Shown one piece after another: positions 53,301 through 62,400 of a DNA stretch of 64,000 bases. The DNA is from an uncultured Veillonellaceae bacterium (GTDB taxonomy: Bacteria > Bacillota > Negativicutes > JARBTT01): the NCBI GenBank assembly GCA_963805085.1, contig CAWDTA010000003.1, forward strand, positions 160,001 through 224,000. Reading direction: 5' to 3'. The notes under the pieces were generated by a model. That model did no database searches, was not told where the DNA came from, and was given only the letters and a program-made list of their open reading frames with translations. Every line of letters begins with the position of its first letter. The first letter of the stretch is position 1. A program made the position numbers and the translations under genes.

Positions 53301-56023
53301 ATCAACAATATCAGTCTTTCGATTCAGATATTATTAGAGAATCGGCAATTTCTGTATCTTCTTACAGCTTTATTGCAAATAGAGTTTCTCATTATTTTAA
53401 TCTCCAAGGTCCCAGCATAGCTATTGATACTATGTGTTCATCTGCTTCCAATGCGATTCATATGGCTTGTGAAAGTCTGATAAAAGGAGAGTGTCAGATA
53501 GCCATTGCCGGAGGAGTTAATCTTTCAATTCATCCTAAAAAATACCTAGGCTTAAGCTTGTCTCAAATGCTTGGCAGCCATATTAACAGCAGAAGTTTTG
53601 GTAATGGAGACGGATATCTCCCTTCTGAAGGCGTGGGCGCCGTATTATTGAAACCGCTTGATAGGGCAATCAGGGATAAGGATTCTATTCTAGCCATTAT
53701 TAAATCGACAGCAATCAATCATGGAGGACGTTCTAATGGATTTTCTGTTCCTAATCCAAATGCACAGGCACAACTAATTGAAGAAAATTTTAACAAATCA
53801 GGAATTGATCCACGGACTATTAGTTATGTCGAAGCTGCCGCGAATGGATCTGCATTAGGGGATCCTATTGAGGTCGCCGCATTGAGTAAAGCTTTTCAGA
53901 AATTTACGACTGATCAACAATTTTGTGCGATTGGGTCTGTAAAATCCAATATTGGACACGCCGAAGCAGCTTCAGGAATTTCCCAACTTACCAAAGTTAT
54001 TTTACAATTGCAGCATCAACAATTGGTTCCATCGATTAAAGCGGAACCATTGAATCCCAATATAAACTTTAACAATACTCCGTTTTATTTACAAAAAGAA
54101 CTTCAGGAATGGAAGCGCCCAGTGGTGAGCATCGACGGGAATGAGCGCGAGATTCCGAGACGCGCAACAGTTAGTTCATTTGGGGCAGGAGGATCGAATG
54201 TCCATTTTATATTGGAAGAATATATACCTCTTAAAGAAAAAACAATTCCGATTCACATCAATCCAGTAGTTCAGCCACAAATTGTTATCTTTTCAGCTAG
54301 GAACTCCAATAGATTACAAGCAGTTGTCCAACAGATTCTTGAATTTGTAGAAGAACAAAAGGATATTTCCTTGGTTAGTCTTGCTTATACCCTTCAACTG
54401 GGGCGTGAAGCGATGGAATCTCGTGTGGCAATGGTAGCGAGTAATCGGGAACAGTTAATCCAAGGCATGAAGGAGTATTTGAAATCGGTTAAAGAAGACA
54501 GCAGAGAAAAGACCTCTATACCTATTTTTACAGGAGATCTGGAAGAGGAATATTCTGAGGTTAGAAACTTGCTTTCAGGGAAGCTGGCAGAGACTGTAGT
54601 ACAAACACTTTTAACAGAAAATAATATCGAAAAGATAGCACTCTATTGGACCCAAGGAGGAAAGATTCCATGGAATTTGTTCCATAAAGGGGAAAGATTC
54701 CACATGATATCTTTGCCTACCTATCCCTTTGAGAGAAGGCGGTGTTGGATTAAGTCAAAAAAAGAGACGGGATTGAATGTACAGTCGCATATAGATAATA
54801 TTATAGACTTTGTTGCAACGAAGGATGATACATCCATTGCCGACCGTATAGTTGATATCGTATCCGGCTTATTAGGAATGACGGCTTCTGAACTCAATAC
54901 TAATAGACCGTTGGAACAATATGGCTTTGATTCAATTCTTTTACTGTCATTACTCCAACGATTGCAGTATCAGGTAGATCCGTCTCTCACTTTGGATAGG
55001 TTGAGGAAATTTAGAACAACACAGGACATTATAAATAGTTTACGGCTACAAATAGGAGACGAATCAATATTGCAGAGTCAACAAGCTGTAAATTCTGTTC
55101 CAAAAGCTAAAAAATCAGTTCTTGAAAACTGCCCCGAATTTCCGGAACTGATTCATCTCAATTTAAGTACTAAAGGAAAACCAGTATTTTGGTTTCATGG
55201 AGGATTAGGTGGAGTAGAAGCATATCAAGGAATTGCTAAGAAGAGTCAACGCCCTTTTTATGGGATTCAAGCACGAGGCTGGATGAGTGATGAATCCCCA
55301 TTACAAGGGATTCAGGTGATGGCTGCGTATTATGTGGATATTATACGATCAGTGCAACCGGAAGGTCCTTATGATCTGGGTGGATATTCTTTAGGTGGTA
55401 GTATAGCATATGAAGTCACGCGTCAATTACAAGAGTTGGGGCAAGTGGTTGATACGATTGTCATGGTAGATTCACTAGATAGCACTCAATTGAAAAAAGC
55501 AGAAATTTTTCCAAAAACCGTGATTTTACAAACAGTTAACATGGCATTAGTATCTACAATTTTACAAGAACCAGAAAAAATAGCTCATACGCTTATCCAT
55601 CGGGATGAAGTGAACTCAAATGTAGCGGATGAAGAGTTTTTTAAGCAAGTGATAACGCTTGCAAAAAAACGCGGATTGACCAAACAGGAAAATCAATTGC
55701 ATGCTCAGATTGAGCAAAGCATAAGGGTTCAACAGGCATATGAAATAAAAAATTGTTTAGTTTTGCCGCTACTTGATCCTCAAGCGGTAACTTGTTACTA
55801 TTTTCGTAATAAAAGCGGATTGTTTTTTGGCGAATTAAAACCATATTTTACACTAGCAATTGATGAATTTGAATTAGAAAACATAAATTATTGGGAAGAG
55901 TGGGCGCGACAGCTTCCCAATTTCAACATGACGGATGTGGATTCTTCCAATCATTTAGTGTTGTTGTCTGAAACTAAGTCATTTGAAGCAATCGCTGCTT
56001 TTTGTGAAAAATTTTATTCATAA
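47366..56023 (+). CDS. terminal trans-AT PKS: ECH2-KS-DH-KR-ACP-KS0-ACP-TE
   Basis: ORF 47309..56023; likely ATG 47366 after GGGAGA. PksI-like crotonase (YFASGGTKEGLL, KFTD, GFTPGAGAT, MHEKTF); active KS; DH; KR; ACP; KS with EAAANGS (KS0); ACP YGFDSI; thioesterase GYSLG at ~55382. Confidence 0.96.
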   Translation: MGIKSNKMIIKKEEILRAVQAGEISPEQGSKELREMAEETVVKQLKHNSLDSSTEQHSTNNSVQQAGVDFYEVEPGIVQLTMQDRVNKNTFSYELISGLMKSFEVIKDNPKYKVVILTGYDSYFASGGTKEGLLAIYEGKAKFTDTTIYSLALDCKIPVIAAMQGHAIGAGWSMGMFCDFIIMSRESIYTSNYIKYGFTPGAGATLIFPEKLGVGLTQEILFTGKRFHGSELESKGIPFPVLPRKEVLPYAIQLAKTLSDSPREALIALKDLMTESIRERLSSTYEKELKMHEKTFVNQPEVKERIQIQYGQSPENDDDKKSLGLTMHKEKNIQSDTNPSIDSVDSKKEGVFKGNIEIPSQDSIAIIGMSGQFPKSKNLAEFWNNIARSKDCISEIPQTRWSIDKFYDPDSRVPGKTYCKCMGVLEDIDKFDPLFFGISPAEAEFMDPQQRLFLENCWGCIEDAGLNPSLLSGSRFGVFAGCAPSDYGQGPGLNAQAFTGGASSILAARISYLLNLKGPCLAIDTACSSSLVAIAEACNSLILQNTDLALAGGVYVMPGPSMHIQSSKTGMLSRDGRCFTFDNRANGFVPGEGVGVVLLKRLSDAVRDNDPIYGVIRGWGINQDGKTNGITAPSVNSQILLEKEVYQRFGINPETISLVEAHGTGTKLGDPIEVEALTESFQAFTQKKNYCALGSVKSNIGHLLLASGVTSVIKVLLALQHRMLPPTINFETLNEHICLDNTPFYINTKLQPWEVTSGTPRRACVSAFGFSGTNAHVVIEEYPSNTARTPILTNTNNPLIFVLSAKSEEQLKAYAESMKNFAESHDDFNLADMAYTLQVGRGAMDHRLAFVADSRDTLVKVLGEVVNDISSTEILVGRVKKRKNGMTQVEDTKALLQTWIQEKKLKEIAQLWVKGFNLDWDKLYIGSKPRRISLPTYPFAREHYWIPENNIELADTTATNSAQVSSIHPLLHQNTSDFSEQRFSSTLTGQEFFLADHIVKGQRVLPGVAYLEMARAAVEQAVGALEEGQTAIRLKNVVWARPIVVGDQPTKVHIGLFPEENGDITYNIYSESDAGDTEPVVCSQGSAELGLVSEVPALDLKALKAQCCQNTFSSTQCYEIFRGMEINYGPGHQGIEKVYVGSGQVLAKLSLPASVSDTQNQFVLHPSLVDSALQASVGLMMGDSKDMPSGSKAPVKPSLPFALRELEVRSSCTPMMWAWIQYSEGSAAEDKVQKLDVDLCDEQGNICVRMKGFSLRVLEGELGSLKSSTNFGTLMLYPDWREKDIIEEAQVPDYTQHLVMLCEPNEVFQESIETQINGIRCITLQSEQKELGERFNIYAVQLFKEIQSIFREKPKEKVLIQVVVFNQEEQEIFTGFSGILKTAQLENPKLIGQLIEVEAAEDPISIIEKLKENSRSPIDNHIRYQDGKRLLAALCEVEVSPKIVKIPWKDQGIYMITGGAGGLGLTFAREIAYKAKGVTLILTGRSPLDENKEAQLKELQTLGARIEYKQVDMTQKKAVVDLIQSIREDFGSLNGIIHSAGVIRDNFILKKTKDEFLEVLAPKVSGLVNLDQASNDLPLDFFILFSSIAGRLGNPGQADYAAANAFMDAYAKYRNALVLTKQRQGQTLSIDWPLWQEGGMHVDEETEKKMRQDIGMIAMQTSTGIRALYQGLSSGKDQVMVMEGELKQLQATFLGQPSGKEVFKASSSIEGNKAMTTNTQELLQEKAVNYFKKLLSSVIKLPPYRIEEDAPMEKYGVDSIMGMQLTNQLEETFGSLSKTLFFEYQNIKDLTGYFLESYQNKLIELLGIEEEVAETTENTTVVLEPKKSVLSSRRRSRFAEFRTVAREEKTTGTMDIAIIGVSGRYPGSRNIQEFWTNLQGGNDCITEIPKDRWDHSLYFDEDKNKLGKTYCKWGGFLEDVDQFDPLFFNISPRDAEIMDPMTRLFLETVWNLLEDAGYTRETLQQIYQARVGVYVGAMYQQYQSFDSDIIRESAISVSSYSFIANRVSHYFNLQGPSIAIDTMCSSASNAIHMACESLIKGECQIAIAGGVNLSIHPKKYLGLSLSQMLGSHINSRSFGNGDGYLPSEGVGAVLLKPLDRAIRDKDSILAIIKSTAINHGGRSNGFSVPNPNAQAQLIEENFNKSGIDPRTISYVEAAANGSALGDPIEVAALSKAFQKFTTDQQFCAIGSVKSNIGHAEAASGISQLTKVILQLQHQQLVPSIKAEPLNPNINFNNTPFYLQKELQEWKRPVVSIDGNEREIPRRATVSSFGAGGSNVHFILEEYIPLKEKTIPIHINPVVQPQIVIFSARNSNRLQAVVQQILEFVEEQKDISLVSLAYTLQLGREAMESRVAMVASNREQLIQGMKEYLKSVKEDSREKTSIPIFTGDLEEEYSEVRNLLSGKLAETVVQTLLTENNIEKIALYWTQGGKIPWNLFHKGERFHMISLPTYPFERRRCWIKSKKETGLNVQSHIDNIIDFVATKDDTSIADRIVDIVSGLLGMTASELNTNRPLEQYGFDSILLLSLLQRLQYQVDPSLTLDRLRKFRTTQDIINSLRLQIGDESILQSQQAVNSVPKAKKSVLENCPEFPELIHLNLSTKGKPVFWFHGGLGGVEAYQGIAKKSQRPFYGIQARGWMSDESPLQGIQVMAAYYVDIIRSVQPEGPYDLGGYSLGGSIAYEVTRQLQELGQVVDTIVMVDSLDSTQLKKAEIFPKTVILQTVNMALVSTILQEPEKIAHTLIHRDEVNSNVADEEFFKQVITLAKKRGLTKQENQLHAQIEQSIRVQQAYEIKNCLVLPLLDPQAVTCYYFRNKSGLFFGELKPYFTLAIDEFELENINYWEEWARQLPNFNMTDVDSSNHLVLLSETKSFEAIAAFCEKFYS

Positions 56024-56056
56024 GAATTGGCATTTTCCTATTACCCTTTAGAGATT

Positions 56057-56150
56057 GTTTCCCGAATCGACAGTGGTATGCACATATCAGCGTTCATGCC
56101 ACCGGACTATTCGGGAAAACCATCTTATTTCGAGGAATAAGATGATTTCA
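56057..56150 (+). terminator. stem-loop pair downstream of the TE gene, possible transcription terminator or stabiliser
   Basis: tttcccgaat (56058-67) pairs with attcgggaaa (56109-18), with an inner gtggtatg/catgccac stem; then catcttatt-N6-aataagatg (56121-44). Only a short T tract follows, so it is not canonical. Confidence 0.4.
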
Positions 56151-56202
56151 TGACGACCTTCGAATAGGGAAGCTAAAGTTAGATCGTTTTTTACAATGTT
56201 AT

Positions 56203-56231
56203 TTGATACCTAATACAACATTTTATATAGT
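56203..56231 (+). promoter_or_regulatory. putative sigma-A promoter
   Basis: TTGATA (56203-08), 17 bp, TATAGT (56226-31): each hexamer is 5/6 consensus with optimal spacing, ~200 bp upstream of the ATG at 56431. Confidence 0.65.
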
Positions 56232-56430
56232 GCATCATTAGTAAGACGGGTTCTGGTTTTCGTAACCGCGCAGAACCTGCCTTACTAATGATACAAAAAA
56301 GTAGACAGAATATCCTAAATAGAGCCTTAGGCATTGTTGTTGTCCAGACCCTACTTGATTTATCATCAACAAAATGGTTTGGGGAGAATCACCGAAAAAT
56401 CTTTATTATTTTTTTTTAGGGGGAAAATAT

Positions 56431-59400
56431 ATGAAACAGGAAACGGATCATACAGGTGTATTTTTACTTGCAAAATTATTTGAACTTCATGAACAATTGC
56501 CAGAAAAAAGGCTGTTTACTTTTCAACAAGAAAAGGAAGCTCCTGATTTTCTTACCGTAAAGGCTCTTGTCAATAAAACAAAAATTCTCGGCAGTATTCT
56601 TCAGCAGAAGTTGGCACCTCAAGAAAAAGTATTGCTTCTTTTCCCCCAGGGGTTGGGATACATTTACAGTCTGCTGGCATGTTGGTATGCGAATGTTATA
56701 GCCATCCCAATTCAAATTGCGGAAGTGGCCGAACAAGAGCAAGTTTTAGCAAAAATTAGTGCGATTCTTATCGATTCACAGGCGGCATGCATTATAACAG
56801 ATACTAACTTAAAAGAATTTCTTACAACGCAACAAGTGGTTAATCAAATGCCAATATTGAATATTGACGAATTACCTTCTGATGATTTAAGCAACAGGAA
56901 AGTAAGACCGCAAGCTCCGTCAGACATTGCTCTTTTACTCTATACTTCTGGTTCTATATCTCAACCCAAAGGGGTTATGCTCAGTCACAGCAACTTATTG
57001 TCGCAAGCCTTCATGGGAGCAACTCATTGGAAAGTGAACCAGGAAAGTTGTATTGTTTCCTGGATGCCGCAATTTCATAACTTTGGGCTCTTTTTTAATC
57101 TATTGAGTCCGCTCTTAACAGGCGCCTCCAGTGTAATTTTGTCACCAAGCAGCTTTATTAAAAACCCGAAAGTATGGTTAAAGACAATTGATCAGTATCA
57201 GGCTACCCATACTGCTGCCCCTAACTTTGCCTTTGATTACTGTTGTTCCTCGATTAATGCAGTGACTTTAAAAGAGTGCTCTCTTCACTCTCTTCAGGTC
57301 ATTGTCTGCGGTGGCGAGCCGGTTTGTAAAGAAACTTATGAAAACTTTACAAAAAAATTCAAAACTTTGGGACTCCGAAAAAATATTTTTTGCGCTCACT
57401 ATGGTTTATCGGAAACGGGTTCTGTTACCACTAGCAAGCCAAGTCAACCCTTACGTTTTCTTTCTTTAGATATTTCTCTCTTGGGAGAAGGGAAAATCAA
57501 ACACACAAATCAGAAGAAGAAAAGCAAATCCGTGGCTAGTTGTGGTGAGATTGACGAAACTATACAAATATTGATTGTTCGTCCGGAAACTTGTGTGCCG
57601 TGCGTTCCAGGTGAAATAGGTGAAATCTGGATACAATCACCTTCTGTCGCCATGGGTTACCTGAATCGGCCGGAAGAAACAGAAAGCACCTTTTCCAGAG
57701 TCCTCAGCACTACAAATGAAGGAGAATTCTTCCGATCCGGAGACCTGGGCTTTATTGAAAACAACCAGTTATTTGTTGTCGGGCGGGAGAAAGAGGTAAT
57801 CATTATTCATGGCAAAAATCATCATCCTGTTGATATTGAATGGACAATTAAAAAACATATCCCGAATCTTACCCTGCCGATGGCAGTCTTCTCTTGTGAA
57901 ATAAATCAGCAGGAAAAGGTGGTGGTGGTACAAGAAGTTGAAACAGCAACGCATGATACGGTGTATAAAAAACGAATCGGTGAGATATTGGCCGCCGTAT
58001 CAAAAACTCATGAAATTGAAGTATATGAAATTGTTTTTATTGAAAAAGGAATGATTCCGAAAACAGGCAGTGGTAAAGTCCAGAGAAAACTATGCCGCAA
58101 TTTATATATAAATCAAGAATTGTCGGTTCTTTACAAATATCAGCACAGAGGCGCTGGCGTACAATCCAAAGTCAAAACTTCGCCACCTCAACTAGATGGT
58201 GACATTCTGGCAATCTTAAAACAGCAGGTCTTTCTCCCCGTTCTCAGCACTGATCTTGCTGGACTGGAAGAGGTAGCGACGTTTAGTCAATTGGGGCTGG
58301 ATTCAATCCAATATATACAGATTTCCAAGAGAATTGAAACTGTTTTTGATATTGAGTTTGCTCCGGTTATACTGTTTAAATATTCCTGCTTTACGGAGCT
58401 GGTAGAATATCTTTCCTCACAAATAGAGAAACGGCAAAGTCAAGGAATTGATCCGATTAAAGCCCAAGCTGATATATGCGCAGATACTTCAAAAGTGAGA
58501 GAAACAAGTATTGCTATAATTGGCGTTCATTATAATTTCCCAGGGGGAACCAGCAATTCGGATGATTTTTGGGAAAGTCTCATGCAACAAAAAGATTGCA
58601 TTACGCCGATAGCAGAAAGCCGGCCGCAGATTGTAGCAGATTGTCAAAATTATAACGGTATGCTTGAATCTTTCCCGCCTTGGGGGGGATTTATTAAAGA
58701 TGTTGAATTATTTGATGCTCCTTTTTTTGGTATATCGCCACTTGAGGCTGAGAGTATGGATCCTCAACAACGCAAAGTGTTAGAACTTATCTGGAGTGTT
58801 ATCGAAAATAGTGGCTACAACCCTTATAAATTGGCAGGCAAAGACATCGGCCTATTCGTAGGAGCACATAACAGTGAGTATGCGGAACTGGTTGCAAGCC
58901 AACCTGAGCTCATTGATACTTATGGAGCTTATCTGGATACAGGACTCCATATGAGTATGATCGCTCATCGGATTTCCCGTTGGTTTAATTTCCGTGGTCC
59001 TAGCGAAGTTGTTAATACTGCTTGTTCCAGTTCATTGGTGGCAATTCACCATGCTGTGGAATCAATTTATCGAGGAGAAAGCAGTATGGCCATTGCCGGA
59101 GGGATTAATCTTATATTGGCATCTCGTACGTATCGAGCCAGTAATAAAGCCGGCATGTTGTCAAAGGACGGACGCTGTAAAACTTTTGATGAAGCGGCAG
59201 ATGGATTTGTGCGTGCAGAAGGATATGGTGCTGTGCTGCTCAAACCATATAGACAAGCTATTGAAGACAAGGACACTATTTATGGCGTTATAAAAGGGGT
59301 TGTCATTAATCATGACGGGCATTCCAATTCACTACGGGCTCCGAATCTCAATGCACAAAAAGAGCTAATTAAAGCAGCTTATCAAAAGTCCGGTCTACCT

Positions 59401-62400
59401 GTCGAAACCATCAGTTATATTGAAACTCATGGCACAGGTACACCGTTAGGCGACCCTATTGAAATTCAAGCGCTTCAGGAGGCATTTCGAGAAATCAATC
59501 CGGATCTTCCTCGTGCTTTCTGCGGACTGGGAACGGTCAAAACCAATATTGGGCATTGTGAATCGGCCGCAGGTATAGCCGGTTTGGTTAAAATACTACT
59601 TTCCATGAAGTATGGGACTCTTCCCGGTATTCTTCATTTTAAGAAGCTCAACCCTTACATTTCCTTGCAGAATAGTCCCTTCTTTATCGTGGAACAAACT
59701 AAGGAATGGAAGAGATTTAAGGATTCAAGGGGAAAGGATATTCCTCGCAGGGCAGGGATTAGTTCCTTTGGATTCGGCGGTGCTAATGCTCATGTAGTCC
59801 TTGAAGAACATATTTCGGACAGTACTACAGAGCAGATCCCTTTGCTGATGGATAATAATAAGATGGCAATTATTCCTATATCTGCGAAAACGCAAGCATG
59901 TTTGCGGACCTATGCGCAAGAACTCCATGCTTTTTTAAGCAAATCTACTGCCCAAGAACAAAACCTCCGTTATAAATTAGGAGATATTACTTTGTTGGAT
60001 TTGGCCTATACATTACAAGTGGGACGAGCAGCAATGGAAGAACGAATTGCCTTTTTGGTGGATGGAATTTCAGAATTAATGCGAAAGCTGGAGGCATTTA
60101 TACAAAATAAAAGCGATATAGATAATTGCTGGCAAGGTCATGTCAAACAAGGTAAAAATATGGTCGCGTTATTAGGGAACGATGAAGATTCTCAAGAACT
60201 GGTGCATAAATGGGTTGCGAAAAGTAAGCTTGACAAAGTCGTTCAATATTGGGTTCAAGGAGGCACAATCGAGTGGGACCTGTTGTATGATCAAGTAAAA
60301 CCACGTCGCATTAACTTACCGACGTATCCATTTGCCAAGATACGTTATTGGATACCCAAGCTTAATGCTTCTCAGGCTAACAGTACAGCGAGAGTGGGAC
60401 TAGTTAAAACTCCTGCGGGACATCATGGGACAATGATGCTTGAGCCTGGTTGGAAGGAACAGGCTATTACCCTAGGAAGCACAGTGCCTGACTATGAACA
60501 GCATCTGGTAATACTCTGTGAGCCAGCGGCAGTGTTAGGTGAAAGGATCGAATCTTACATAAACGGGGTGCGCTGTCTTGTTTTGACATCCGAGGAAGAT
60601 AACATAGCAGAGCGATTTCAGATCTATGCTTCCCGGATCTTTGAAGAGATTCATTGCATGTTTAATGGCAGCCATAAAGGTAAGCTGCTGATCCAGATTA
60701 TAGTTGTCAACCAGGCAGAAAAGTATCTTTTTTCCGGACTGTCTGGTATGTTGAAAACTGCTCACTTAGAGAATCCGAAATGTAACGGACAGTTGATTGA
60801 AATGGAAGCGGAAGTAAATTCTGATGAGATAATAGAACGGCTAGAAGAGAATAGCCTGAGTCCTATGGATCACCATATCCGCTATCAAGACGGCAAACGC
60901 TACATTGCTGATTGGAGGAAACAAGAATTTTCTCAGGAAGTAGCGGGGATCCCCTGGAAAAACCAGGGGGTCTATTTAATTACTGGCGGCACCGGCGGTC
61001 TGGGCCAAATTTTTGCCAGAGAAATTGTGAATAAAGTCAAAGATACGACTTTGATCCTCACGGGGAGATCTGTGCTGAGTGCGTTCAAGCAAGGCGAGTT
61101 AAAAGAATTGGAAACTTTGGGTGCTCGAATCGAATACAAACAAATCGATGTGACCCGAAAGGAAGCGGTTAATAATTTAATCCAATATATTCGGAAAAAT
61201 TATGGACATCTCCATGGCATCATCCATAGTGCAGGTGTGAGTAAAGCCAATTTCATTCGCAAGAAAACCCAAGAAGAATTGCAGGAGGTGCTGGCTCCCA
61301 AGGTTGCCGGAGTCGTGAATCTGGATCAGGCCAGCCGGGATCTGCCCCTCGACTTTTTTGTACTTTTTTCTTCCATAGCAGGAAGCTTAGGCGTTGTAGG
61401 CCAGGCCGATTATGCGGCAGCGAATGCCTTTATGGACGCCTATGCCAAGTATCGCAATACTATGGTGGCGTCGAAAGAACGCCACGGTCAAACCCTGTCA
61501 ATCAACTGGCCGCTGTGGCAAGAAGGCGGAATGCGCATTGATGCAGAAACAGCAAAGACGATGCAGCAAAACACGGGGATGATTGCTATGCAAACCACAA
61601 CTGGTATCTGGGCCTTTTATCAAGCCTTAGCCTCTGGCAAGGCGCAAGTGATGGTAACGGAAGGTGATTTATTGCACATGCAGGCACAATTGTTGGAAGT
61701 TTTGCCCGAAGTGCATTCATCATATACCGCACAGGTTCCTGCTGCCCCCGTGGAACCATGGCTGTTGCGAGAAAAAATCTTACATCGGCTCAAAGTTCTA
61801 TTTGGAGAAGTTACAAAAATCAGTGTTGCGGGGATTGATCCCGAAGAGCCACTGGAGCGCTATGGGTTAGATTCAATCTTGATTACTCAGCTCAATCAGA
61901 AACTTGACGGTATCTTTGGAGAATTGTCAAAAACTATATTCTATGAGTACCAGACGTTGAACGCGCTGGTAGAATATTTTACTGCAGAATATCCACAGAA
62001 ATGTCTGCAGTGGATCGGACTCGAAGATCAGGTTCAGCCAATACAGGAAAAGTCAACAATGTCGCCTGCCACAGACAAAATGCCTGTGCTGGCCTCATTG
62101 AAAACAGGTAAGAAACTAACTCCCAATAATAGCGTCTATGAACCGATTGCCATCATTGGTATAAGTGGGCGTTATCCAAAAGCAAAAACATTAAAAGAGT
62201 ATTGGGATATTTTAAAAACAGGCCAGGATTGTATTACCGAAATTCCCCACGAGCGTTGGTCGATAGAGGGATTCTATCATGCAGATCCTCAAGAAGCTGT
62301 GGCACAAGGAAAAAGCTATAGCAAATGGGGTGGTTTTATCGAAGGATTCGCCGATTTTGATCCTCTCTTTTTTAGTATTGCGCCCCGGGACGCGATTAAT

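Noticed and set aside
1-56023. Identification as bacillaene, difficidin or macrolactin cluster
   Set aside because: Individual domains are homologous, but the architecture (twin Ser/Thr NRPS, no MT, cis ECH2, triple ACP after Gly) does not match those clusters as I know them, so no pks/bae/dfn symbols were given to the megasynthases.
56476-56742. 88-aa minus-strand ORF as a gene in an apparent gap after the TE gene
   Set aside because: The region is occupied by the FAAL domain on the + strand.
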